The notes below the pieces were generated by a model, which saw only the letters and a list, made by a program, of their open reading frames with translations, did no database searches and was not told the origin of the DNA. Positions 35,633-47,730 of a stretch of DNA of 64,000 bases are shown piece after piece (position 1 is the first letter of the stretch; every line of letters starts with the position of its first letter). The translations under genes were made by a program, and so were the position numbers. Source of the stretch: Octopus bimaculoides (taxonomy: Eukaryota); NCBI RefSeq assembly GCF_001194135.2, contig NC_068986.1, positions 7,353,040 through 7,417,039 on the forward strand, given 5' to 3'.

Positions 35633-38007
35633 GGTAGCAGGGTGGAGAGGGAGCAAGGATGAGCAGCAGAGTGGGAGTGAGGGAGAAAAAGGATAGAGAC
35701 ACCGGGAAAAGGCAGGTTAGTGGGAGAAGAAAGAGATGGAAGTTGTTTTTTTTTTCCAAAATGTATATTTTGAGTATATGCATGTTTATGTAATAATATG
35801 TATGTATGTATAAGTGCTGGGACTAAGGAGGATATTAACTCATTTATGGTGAGATAAGCAGAAAAGTGATAAGAGACAATCCTTATACTTACAGTGAACC
35901 CAACAAGCTGACTCGTATAAACTTGTGCTTAGAAGGAAAAAGCAAATCACCATTAAAGTTGAGGTAGGCCTCTGAGAGGAATTAGTTTCTCTATATTCTT
36001 TACTCAGACAAAATCTGCGCTTTCTACAGCCGCTGAAGTAAGGTCTGCACCTCTCTAGCAGTATCCACTTAATGTTACATTGTGCAGCGTTTTATTTTAA
36101 TGTCTATATATGCCTCGCAAATGAACTTAGTTTCATATGTCGCAAAATAAAGAAAAAAGACTACAGGGTTATCTCAATCTACTGGAAAAAAATCCCCTTC
36201 AAGTACACTTTATTGTTTTAAAATGGGAAATGTACATTAGGATAAGGGCAAAGCAATCAAGGTTGCAATGGTTTTCATCATAGACCTGCTCAGGTGGAGA
36301 CGATTTCGAATTTAATAATTTCGTTACGAATGGCAGAGAAACTTATGCACCTCATGAGATTTCGCTTTAAAAATATAAAACCTTTTCCTGTAATAAATCA
36401 AACTATATTCTTATACACTTTTACAACAGTCTTGTAAGAGATGAACGCCAAATGTAGTTCCAATTTAGTTTTAAAATGAAAATCCATGATTCAGCGAAAT
36501 CTATATTCTGAAGCAGCAATTAACTCTTTGCCGACTGTTAAAATCCACTAGAAACTAATGCGATTAAAGATACATGAAGATATTTATTTGAACATACTTA
36601 TTAAAGAGAAAGATTATGTGTGGAAGTTGATGGATAGAATCGAGTTAAAAGTTTTTAGAAGTTTAGTTGAAAAGCGGAAAGTAAATGCAGCATCTACAGA
36701 ACGTCACTAACCCCCGATGAATAGTTTAATAATTGCATCTGGTTTACTTAGTGATTTCTTTTAAAAGCATAGGTTATAATTATTAAAGTGGCTTTACGGT
36801 TAGACCTCGTTTGATATTGGTAGTTTTACCGATAACTTTATTAGTTCTTCGTTAGTGGTTTACAGTGACTAAAGAAAAAGTTGAAATGGTACTGCAAAGG
36901 TGAGGAAATCCTGTTTTCTGTCAATATGACGATGTTAATAACAATAATTTTACACATATAAAATAAATATTATGATGAGATGTAATTAATTGTAGTATAA
37001 TCCGTTCGTATTTTACATAGGCAAGCAAGATGAATAAATAAGCCTTACCTGTAGTGAAGTAGTGAGACATCGAAACCAATATATTACCAGCATAGACAGC
37101 AAAAGTATTGCCATGTAATATAATTAATGTTATTTAGTGACGGAATGTTATGTCAGGTATATCCGGAATTAAAATACTTGAAATACAGTGGTTGAAGAAT
37201 TGTGAAGTTTTAGGTGATTCAGAGAAAATGAAAGTCTACTGAAAATGTTCGCGGGAGAAACATATTATATAAGGTATCCACTTTGGAAGAAGCTCTAATA
37301 ATTTTGTTATAAGCTTTATATTCGCCAGAATAAATTTTGCGTGGAGGACATCTGCATGGCAAATTAAAGAATAGAAGTAAACTTAATTAAATTTAGAGAG
37401 GGAGCTGGTATCATTGTATGATTAAAATTTTCATTTTATAACTACGAGGTTTCAGTTTCAAATCCCCGCTCGGCATTTACGACCGCTAATTTTGTGTCGG
37501 CCAAATCGTTGTGAGAGGAAAACGTTTCAACTGCGAATACTCCCGTTTTAGAGAGAAGACTTAATTTGTATCATAGTTTAATACCACCATCTGAAAATTT
37601 AAGTGGAGTTCCCTATCTCGAAGGCCTCGAGGAACTAAAAAAAAGAGATCATTGGCTATGTACTTCTATCTCTGATTAAGGCATGAAATAACTCCTTAAC
37701 CGTATTTAAAAATTGTCCAAAATAAGAATATCATAAATTTAGTTTTTCTCATTTTTTCAAACATTGATAATCTATTTTGATCTCGCATGTTTGCACTCAT
37801 GCAGATAAATCCAAATACATTCCATTTAACAGCGATATGATTTGTAATTTTAAAAAAATGAAGTCACTATTTCTGTTGGCGAAATTTCACAAGAATTTGG
37901 TCGCTCGAAATATTAGTAGAAGTTCAAAGTACTACGCAGCAATGTGAACCCGAGACTTCGTAGTTAAGAAATCAATATTTACAAATTTATGCGATATGTA
38001 ATTGGTT

Positions 38008-38218
38008 TCAAATTTTTGGCAGAAGGTCACCAATTTTAAAGGAGAAGGGGATAATCGATTACATCGAACCCAGCACGCAACTAGTGCTTATTTTATCTGC
38101 CCCGAAATAATGAAAGGGAATGTCGACCTCAGCGGAATTCGAACTCAGAACATGAAGACGACGAAATTCCACTAAGCGTTTTTCCCGGCGCGGTAACGAT
38201 TCTGCCATCTCGCTGCCT
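38008..38218 (-). mobile_element. SINE family A copy
   Basis: GAATGTCGACCTCAGCGGAATTCGAACTCAG..AACGATTCTGCCATCTCGCTGCC. Confidence 0.88.
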
Positions 38219-38410
38219 TTATGCGATGTGTAATTAAACAACAAATAGCCCGTCTTAGCTTGGTCTCTGTCCTTTGACCTGTCCAGCATGGGACGCTCTA
38301 GTAGGAGCTTGCACTCTGCTGACATAGTTCTCAGGGTCATTGAGGCATGCAAGCAACCCCATCACAACAAGAACTGGGGCCTTGTGTTGGATGTTTATTT
38401 CTTCTTATTC

Positions 38411-38446
38411 CTTTCTGTCGAAGGGCGTAGACTTGAAACGTAAAAG
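38411..38446 (+). ncRNA. Degenerate or variant hammerhead-like motif in a probable solo PLE pseudo-LTR
   Basis: CTTT-CTGTCGA-AGGGC-GTAG-ACTT-GAAAC-GTA-AAAG: 4-bp stem I and GAAACGUA are present, but core position 6 is U and stem II is mismatched. Confidence 0.4.
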
Positions 38447-40192
38447 ACTTTTCTATTTTACCCGAGCGTCAAACTAATACACTGGCTTGTTGTTCCTACT
38501 CTTGCTATTGTCTTTTGTTTTTCTATAAATTTGAACTGTATGTATGTATGTATGTATGTATGTATGCATGTATGTACGTATGTGTGTGTATATATTGGAT
38601 CAGATTTTATATAACTATGTAACCGGCATACGCTGTACTTCTCTTTGTCGCAGACTTTAATGTTTTTGTCATTCTTCTGCATAGAATTGATTCACAGCTG
38701 TTTTCTTAGTGAATACATTTTGGATAATATCAGAAAATAATTCTATTCATAGGTTCAAACGGTAGAGGAGTCGTAATATTATCACTTCCAAGATAAATTT
38801 CAGAAATACCCTGAAATGCATCACCTGTGATGTTTCTAGAGTCTTAGGGATTTTCGGGTACTTCAAAACCAGACCGTTCACACAGTTGATCCATCCAAGA
38901 CTGATCAAGTCTCAGTTTGCTCCCAGGGACAACAGATCATTAGTCTGCCCTTTTTATTCAAAGTCAACAAATATATATTTTCTTCTGGAATCGTATCGTA
39001 AATTTAACCTGGAAATACACCAATATCCTATCAATAATCAGATATCGAAACCTCAAATTTACAAGAAAGGGATATTCTTTACTCTTCTGTAATTGCTATT
39101 AGCGGGGCAGTAATATGAAAATATTTCATGACCTAATTTATAGTTTTCATTGTTTGATAAAGTTCACGATGTTTGTCTCAAGTTGAAGCATTCTTTTACA
39201 CACAGGCCACTAAATACTCTTCTTTGGAAGGTTTTTTTTGTTTAACTTCACACAATTGATGTATCTCTTTCAAACATTCGATAACTTTGTTCCTTGTTCT
39301 GAAACTACAAGTTAATTGCATGATATTAATCTGGCGAGAATACCAATTTTCATGTTTGATTTAACTCTTTCCGTAGAACAAAAGAAACATATAAGGCATC
39401 TATGTGGTTTCCACTATGAACTATTCTGAATAATACTGAATGTGGCGTATCAGATATTATAATCTCAGACGTTTATTAAACTATAAATCACACTAAGGAA
39501 ATGTTGGGAAATTCATTTGAAGGTATGTGAACTTCAGATACATACTCATGCTTAATTAGTTAACAGTCTGAATACGCAATAAATACTCTTTCACTATTGG
39601 AGATAAATTAATATCTACGTGAATGATATTTACTCTCAATAATCTATAACACTATAAATACAATTATCTTTCTATTTCTCTAATATAAGTTATTCTTTCT
39701 AGCGTTTATAACTATTCTTAATTTAGAAGTATGTTGGCCCACATCACAACCAAAATATCATTCTCATAAATCATTCAAAGCATTCGATAGATTTCCTATC
39801 AATTTTGATTGGGTTTGATTTATTAGTTTTTAGTTTTCTGCGAGAAATATACTTGTTACTGACTTTTACGTGTAAATAATTTTTGATGAGGTTTAAATGT
39901 TCCCTGATTAAATAACTTCTGTTAGAATATATAAGGCTAAGAAGTCATTCTCTGCAAAAAAGAAAATTAAAATAAAAATGCTTATACTTCCACATATATT
40001 TCGATTATTGCACACATCGCAATTCAACCATAGTTTCCTGCATTAAATAATTATCTAAGTTATTCTTCCTCACGCTGGGTTCTACAATCTCCACTAACGA
40101 TATTACAAGGTTAAATACTTACTATTAAATGCAGTCATGGAATATAGTGGAAAATATACATACGTACACACACAATCACACACGCATATATA

Positions 40193-40194
<2 letters not shown>

Positions 40195-40243
<49 letters not shown>
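40195..40243 (+). repeat. (ATCT)n microsatellite; (ATGT)n at about 38538-38585
   Basis: Read directly. Confidence 0.95.
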
Positions 40244-40245
<2 letters not shown>

Positions 40246-41107
40246 ACAAATACTCGTATGTGTATTTGTCGGTAGGCTGCGACTGGCGTGATGGAGATTA
40301 CTCTCTCAAAGCGTCGGGTATTAAGACACTTAAGAGTCATAAGTCATTCAAGCAGAAGGTTCGAAAAGGTAATTCTTCATCGATACGAAGTTACTACTCA
40401 ACATAGTCTTCATTGCATGCATTTGCGCAATTGGGAAAACCAACTCACGAGTCCTATTTTTTAGAAATTGAAGTCACCTCTTCATAATCCCTTTTATCTC
40501 ATCTGTTTTATCAAATCATTGTCTCTGAAGACTGTCCTTCGCAGAACCCAATATGTGGAAGTCAGAGGGTACCGGACCTAGGCTGTACGGATGGAGGGGG
40601 GCACTGCTATGTTAATGATTGCCTGATTTGCTGTCAAAGATGTGTATGGTCATGTATTGTCATGGCGAATGTGGATCGTCTCCACACTCTTATTCTGCTT
40701 CTTCCTCCAAACGGCTTCTCTAAGCTCTTGGAGTGTCTCAAGTGACTGTACCACTCACAGCTCAAGGTACTGCCGCAATCCAGAAAATCAAAATGAATGA
40801 CAACCTTGTTATCTCCGAACCAGATGTGACTGCCTGTGCTGGCCGCTGGCTCTTGAACTTCTTAGGCATTGGAGAAATAGTATGGCACCATTCTGTGAGC
40901 TGAACCTTCGTTTTCGAATCGTAAAGATACCCCTAACACTTCATTCTCTGTCTTCAGATCGGAAAAACAGTCTTCATTAGATTGAAAGGCTTCCAGCAGA
41001 TCAAGAGCGCACTTCCATCCTTTTTCCTTCACATCGGGTATTGACACCCGAGCGAGCCACTTCGCACAAATCTTCTGATGGTATTTCCCCAGCTTCTCAT
41101 TTCTCAT

Positions 41108-41297
41108 TTCTTATTTCTTTATTGCCCACAAGGGGCTAAACAGAGGGAACAAACAAGGACAGACGAACGGATTGAGTCGATTACATCGACCCCAGTGCGT
41201 AACTGGTACTTAATTTATCGACCCCGAAAGGATGAAAGTTAAAGTCGACCTCGGCGGAATTTGAACTCAGAACGTAACGGCAGGCGAAATACCGCTA
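41108..41297 (-). mobile_element. SINE family A, young copy inserted in the mariner
   Basis: ATTTCTTTATTGCCCACAAGGGGCTAAAC..GACCCCGAAAGGATGAAAG..GTCGACCTCGGCGGAATTTGAACTC. TTTCCCCAGCTTCT is repeated at 41084 and 41611 (target duplication). Confidence 0.9.
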
Positions 41298-41415
41298 NNN
41301 NNNNNNNNNNNNNNNNNNNNNNNNNNNNNNNNNNNNNNNNNNNNNNNNNNNNNNNNNNNNNNNNNNNNNNNNNNNNNNNNNNNNNNNNNNNNNNNNNNNN
41401 NNNNNNNNNNNNNNN

Positions 41416-41581
41416 CGCCTTTTTTTTTTTACAGAGGTCGCCACCACCCCTTGCCGGAGCCTCGTGGAGCTTAAGGTGTTTTTTCGCTCAATAAACACAC
41501 ACAACGCCCGGTCTGGGAATCGAAACCGCGATCCTCCGACCGTGAGTCCGCTACCCTAACCACTGGGCCATTGAGCCTCCA
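41416..41581 (-). mobile_element. SINE family C 5' part
   Basis: Reverse complement GGAGGCTCAATGGCCCAGTGGTTAGGGTAGCGGACTC..GGTTTCGATTCCC (A/B boxes). Confidence 0.9.
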
Positions 41582-42304
41582 CCAGCTTCTGCATTACATT
41601 GTGCATTACATTTCCCCAGCTTCTGCATTACATTGTGACCACAGTGCAATTGTCTAACAAGCTCAAGGATCGTAACTCATTAATCGATTCGTCACTGACC
41701 GGCGATTTGTGCCATTCGTCGCAGTTAATTGTCCCTCACTGCGTGCTTCGTCTCCAATATTGTTTCCGCTTTCTTTAAACTTTTCCAGCCGTTGCGTAGA
41801 TCACTCTTGTTAATTATGTCATCTCGGCAGTCAACTAGTAGGCTTCTGTAGATGTCAGACAGCCTATATCCCTTCTTCGTTAACAACTAAAAGACGATAT
41901 GTTGCTTCTGCTTAGAATCCATAATTTGTCTGTAATGAAGAACAGAAGGAAGAGTTAAAATAAAGGAATAATTACTCTACCAACATATGAAGTTTGAACG
42001 ACTTAAAAAAAGTTGGCATTGTTTTTTGTTGAAACCTCATAGCTGCTGTGGAGCACTTTTCACATACTTGTAGAATGTTGCTTCATTAATATGAAAAATA
42101 ATGCCTGCATGTATGTATGTATGCATGTGTGTGTATGTATATATGTGTGTGTATGCATACGTATATATGTATGCATGTGTGTGCATCTGTATGTATGTAT
42201 TCTGCGTATTCATGTGCTTGCATGTCCGTGTTTGTGTATTTTTATCTATGTGTGTGTGTGAGCGTGTGTTTGTATATGTATGCACCTCTATCTCCTTCTG
42301 TGTG

Positions 42305-42344
<40 letters not shown>

Positions 42345-42679
42345 GCAACTATGTACCATGTTTGTATGTATGGATGTGCATCTCCATATGCGTGGACATG
42401 TGTGTCCATGTGTCCTTGTGTGAAGTAAAGTGTGTGTGTATATATGGTCATGTGTTTCAGTCTCCATTTGCGTATGTGTGCTTGTTTGTTCATATAACCT
42501 ATGTACCTATCCGTCTGTATGTTGATCTGTTTATTTTCATATCCATATGCTTACATACATGTGCATATACACATATATACCCACACACATACATACATCT
42601 ATCTACATAACACCCCAATAACTATCCTACTCTACCTGTGTAAATTGTGGGTATGGAGGTATGATATCTATTATGTATA

Positions 42680-43340
42680 TTTCCTATTTAGTATTGGGGA
42701 AGTTTCATTTATAAGGACGTTCTCCCGTATTTGTCTGAGTGTTGGGTCTTTTGGGTGCTTGGATAACATGCGGATGTCAAGTTGACCCAAGTTGCCCCCA
42801 TGGTGGTCTTTAGTATGTTGGTAGAGTATGGAAGACTGTTTTTGTCGTCATATTGTCTCAGATGTTCAATTAGTCGTTCCGTGATGCTCCTAGATGTCTC
42901 CCCTATGTACATCATGTTCATGTCTTTAAAAGCACCTTCTATGTATCTTATGCTGTAAACTACATTTCGAGTTCTACAGTTAATGCCAGGGGTAATCCTA
43001 CATACCATGCAGTTATCATTGGTGCATGTGGTATTGTCAAAGTTGTGATCTGACGGAGTTCCCTGGCTTTTCAACAATCTTTACGTTGAGTTTGGTTTCC
43101 TTCAGAGCTTTTGTAAATCTACGGGTTAGTTCTCCATGGGCTGTGGCCTCTACAAACATCACTCCTTGATATTTGTCGGTTTTATACCACGTGTTCGCCC
43201 TGTTTGCTTTGTCACAAGTTCTTTTTATGCTATTCCATTCTTTCTTTCTATATCTAGGGCAGGTACCACTGGTATCATTACGTATAATGTTGCCTAATTT
43301 CTTTCTAGCCCCCCTGTATATTCGAACCCTATCTTTTACC
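42680..43340 (-). mobile_element. 5'-truncated Penelope-like element: thumb/linker plus GIY-YIG endonuclease (Naiad-like)
   Basis: GTCPRYRKKEW..WYK..VMFVEATAHGEL..VKIVEKPG; CTNDNCMVC..CRTRNVVYSI..YIGETSRS..ERLIEH; after a frameshift SILYQHTKDHH..DPTLRQIRENVLI..PILNRK. Confidence 0.88.
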
Positions 43341-44857
43341 GGTGAGCATGTTAAATTATAAGGCACAAAAAGAAAATTACTCTCCCCAGACATAACAGAA
43401 TATGCTTCAACACATGAACTCACATAAAGAATCTTGCAAACCAAATCCAAAAACGAAATGAAAAATAATAAAATTTACTTAAAATCGTCCATTTTGATTT
43501 TGTACCGCAAATTACGTTTACTGTTCAGATAATCAGAATTTTGAATGACTGCACAATAATAATTCATGGCCGATTAAGTATGAGAACATTGCTGATATTT
43601 GAGAGTTTATGACACAAAACGTGACAAAGCACTATATTACATTTATTTCTTTAAAACTAATTTACAACATATTTCATAAATAGAACGAAAGAGATTTATC
43701 TGCAGCCATGCACGTATGGCGGAAACTTATAATTTATGTGGAAGACAGCAATGATCGAAGTGTATCTCCAATGGCAGTATAAAGACAGAAATAAAAAGAA
43801 AACTATAATTAGAAACAAAGAGATACGACATTATATGTTATTAACGATATAAGTCTGGTAAAGTTGAATCGAAGCCAACGAAATACATTTATTTCATTAT
43901 GGATATTGTACAACTAATTCATAATCAACAATGACAGACGGAAAAGAAGAAATAAAATATAAGGAAAAAGTAAAATTTGCAAAACTTTCTCCCTTGGGAA
44001 CTGGTTTTTGTTTTTACTCGATAGCCATGAATATAGAAAATTAGGGGAGCATATCAATAAGAAATTTGTAAACTCCCATTTATTAAAACTCTACTTTGAT
44101 TGAGATATGATAGCATTTCTTCTGCTTCATCTTGTTGGAAAAGCATAAAAAATATAATGGATGAGAAAAAAAAACAATTTGATATGACAACTATACAGCT
44201 GAATTATTGGTGGTTGTACGATTAGAGCTTCTACTAAAAAGAAGACATTAACTAGGTTATGCTAAACGTTACACTTTAATAGCATTATAGTATCATTGGC
44301 ATCGAATACTCTTTGTAATGAACATGAGAAAATATTTAGATCATTTTTTAATGAATCTCAAAGATTATACATTTTAAGGGAGGAAGAATATTGTTTGTGA
44401 CATTTATTTTTTACATTGATTTAAAATCACAGACAACTCGGTTATCTGTATAGTCGAAGATTACTTCACAACCGCAGCCAATATTAAAAATCAAGAATTA
44501 GCAAGTACCGTGTAATAATACTTCCGGTTTACTGCATTAACCAGCTTTAGAACCTAATTCACTGACGTCACCGAAATAATGTAAATTTCTTAGAAAATAA
44601 TTATATCACAATATCGATTTTACATCTGATGTGGAAGGAGTATTTGTATTAGCTATTTATAGCATTGAAATAAATTAAATTGGCAAAAAGCAGGTTGTAT
44701 ATTGATTACACACGAAGTACATTAAATCAAATATCCTTTGTATCTGATTCTAATTCCTAGATTTTACCACCTTCTAGACACCATGTGTAGTTACTTAAAA
44801 GAAACAAGACTATTGCACTATATTACACATATATTACATTAATATACTGCACTAATA

Positions 44858-44918
44858 TACGTGGTGGAGGCTGAAAAGTTCCTAGCTTTAAGGGTATTAA
44901 GAAAGGCCTGGTTGAAGC
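44858..44918 (+). mobile_element. mariner TIR fragment, same family as 62678
   Basis: TACGTGGTGGAGGCTGAAAAGTTCCTAGCTTTAAGGGT..GAAAGGCCTGG. Confidence 0.75.
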
Positions 44919-45195
44919 TCTCTATTACCACAGGCTCGACCGTAAGCCTGTTGGAGAGCGACCGATATCTTGACAGTTTGCTTTTCTCAGCCTGAAGAGC
45001 AGCGAAGCCTGGGCTGGTAGCTGATCACACTAAGTTCCCACTAGAGAAGGTGTCACAGCATGTGGTATCCCAGATGAGGGGGCCTATTGCCATGGAAGGG
45101 GAAATTGTCATATCGTCAATTCTTTAACCGTCTCTCCGGTCTAGCCCCGCTGGCTCGAGCTGGGTGGATGGTGGGAAGCCTGCGGCGCCTAAGCC
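44919..45195 (-). mobile_element. Restriction-like endonuclease fragment of a HERO-type (RLE) non-LTR retrotransposon
   Basis: LRRRRLPTIHP(fs)..LEPAGLDRRDG*RIDDMTISP..GPLIWDTTCCDTFS..SATSPGFAALQAEKSKLSRYRSL..VEPVVIE. Matches LEP.GL.R.DGKRPDG..LIWD.TC..AE..K..KY. Confidence 0.8.
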
Positions 45196-47323
45196 ATGTT
45201 TTATGTTTTAAATATCTTGATTTGCGCTAATGGTAGTCCAAACGGTTTTTAACCTATTATTTACAGCTTCGCGTTTCACAATTTTCGAAAAGTATTATTT
45301 ACCATTTTCTCGAAGTTTTTAAACTCTTATGGCGTCAACAAAAGCACTATTTCTATTGTTAAATATTGAAATTCAAGTTATGCTTGCACATACGCTTTAA
45401 AGTGATGATAACTTATATAAAAGTTACTTTCTGATATAGTTTGAATTTGCTTTTGTGTGAATAATTGTTTATAACATTTGCTAGTTATGACAATTTTATA
45501 CCTATCACTCGTATTGTCATTGACATATTTCTTAAAGCGTGACACATATAAAACCGAATTCATTTTCAGCAAAGCAGCAATAGATTGTTATTACTGACTA
45601 ATGTAATATAGTCATGTAGTATAGTGCATCATAAAAAAAAGACAATAACGTACATAACATTGGCACAGGAGAATGCACTCGGTAATCTCATTGTTCCCTT
45701 ATTTCTCGTCTTATTCAGCAGTTAAAGTAAATTTGTTTCCCTTTCACAACTCCTACTTCTCCTCTGATGTTTCATTGACTGTTCTGCCATTTCAATCAGT
45801 TTCTAGAGGTTTATGATTTTCGAGCAGAAAAATAATAATAGTGAAAGTGAACACTGAAACATTTCAGCATTTTCCCACAAAATTATAGATTCGTTTGATC
45901 GATTAATGATTTTTCAAGTTGTATGATTAAAGAAAATGTTGTATGATTAAAGAAAATGTTAACCAAACCTAGTTTTCATAAATATCGTTTTAAATGTTTG
46001 TTAAATCCTAATGGGAATATGCAATATAGAAATGGGAACAATTTATGATCTAAATGTTAACTGCAACGATGAAATGATTTGAAGAAGATTGTCTACGACA
46101 AATATTGGAGACAGTTGTCTTATAAAAACTTCCGTTTTTGTCTATAAGGAAATGCAATTATAAAACTGACGTGAATATTTTCTCGATCTTGTTATATAAT
46201 TTTAGTAGCTTATATAAACGAAACATAATTATACTTGGCGCATCAATATGAAACGTATGTATATACATGTATATAGCATAAATAAATGAAATAAAATTAT
46301 CTATAAATTTATCTCGTGAATTATATCTGCAATTGGTGCCTAAAGCCAAAATAACATTTATGCATTTTAAATTCTATTCCTGTCTACCTGTGGATATCCA
46401 TCAATCTATTTAGTAAACTATACATCTCAAACATTTGCGTTCTCATAAGCTCTATACATATTTAGTCTATACAACATATAAGATGGCATCGCTTTCTCTA
46501 AGGCAACTAAATTCAGGGAAAATTTATTTTAATTCACATTAATCTTATATGACATATTTCTTTCTCTTGAACCATTTTATTTATGTTTCTTCAAAATATA
46601 GTTTTGAAATAAATATATTTTCCAGACAGAATTACTGTGTACGTTTTCTATAAGTAGATCATTCAAAACAGTCAGCTGCTTTAAAATTGGTAATGAGGGA
46701 AAAAAGTTTTAGCTAAGTTACTTTTCAGTTAAACCGATACAAAAGCTAGCAGTTCATTAACTTTTCTGCGATATTTTTAAGGAACATTTATTGGTTATTG
46801 TAAAACGTTATGAATAAATGATTTAGTAAGCATTATTGAATAAACTAGAACAGCAATTCTGATATCAAGGGGGTCTCAAGGGTGAAATATACTTTTTTTC
46901 CAAGGCAATCGAATTAAAATGCGCGTCGCACACTAGGCTGTACAGTAGCTTAATTCCCTCATATATTACTATAGATACATGCATACACACACTCACTCAT
47001 ACATACATTCACACATGCAATCATTCATATTATTGATTTATACATTCATATATACCTACATTCATAGACATCTGTAATGGCACCGTCATTTAAAATATTT
47101 GTCTATAGAAGAAGTCCATTCCATAGATCTTAAAACTTACAAGACCTTGAACATTAGCTGAAAGCTTTTACGGGAAGAAGTGATATCGATACAGAAGCTT
47201 ATGAATGTCATTTAACAAGACTAAGTTGCCTCATTAGATTATATCCGGAAAATTTTCTTTAGTAGTGTTTCCAAACATTTTGAGTCCTGTCGATAACATG
47301 GCTAAAAATCCAATTATAAATCA

Positions 47324-47379
47324 GACGATTATCGTACTGATGACGGCTGTTGAGCTAGAAATACGTGTCCACATCCGTC
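47324..47379 (+). ncRNA. Degenerate hammerhead motif, same repeat family as 11361
   Basis: CTGATGA-CGGCT-GTTG-AGCTA-GAAA-TACGTG-TC-CACATCCGTC. GAAATACGTGTCCAC is 15/15 identical to 11391-11405. Stem I 5' strand is decayed. Confidence 0.65.
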
Positions 47380-47730
47380 ATCATATCTCCATACAATAAT
47401 CCTATCATTTTTATTAAAGGCATTCATCGTTGAAGAATTCTTAACACTTCAGATTATCTCCCCTCCTCCGGGAGAGATGATTTTAGTTGCCATTTGGTAA
47501 TTATAATACATTCTCTGGAGGCGATGATAAATTTAATAAGTCATGAATTTATGTTGTATTTGATATACCTGTATTTTTATATGATGTTCAAATACGTACC
47601 ATTGGTCCCTTGAGTCATTTCACTTAGCTAGCGTTTGTTTCTGCCAATAAAAAACTAATTCGTTGAAATAGTCAGTTTGAAGCTTTCATTTTACATTATT
47701 CTGCTTAAGTTGAATTGCCAAATATTCATG

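Larger units (their letters stand above)
40330..41935 (-). mobile_element. Decayed mariner transposon split by SINE insertions
   Basis: N-terminus MDSKQKQHIVF..IYRSL (41800-41930); KICAKWLARV..ALDLLE (40900-41090); HPYSLGPVPSDFHILG and a DYVE* C-terminus near 40400. Confidence 0.75.
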
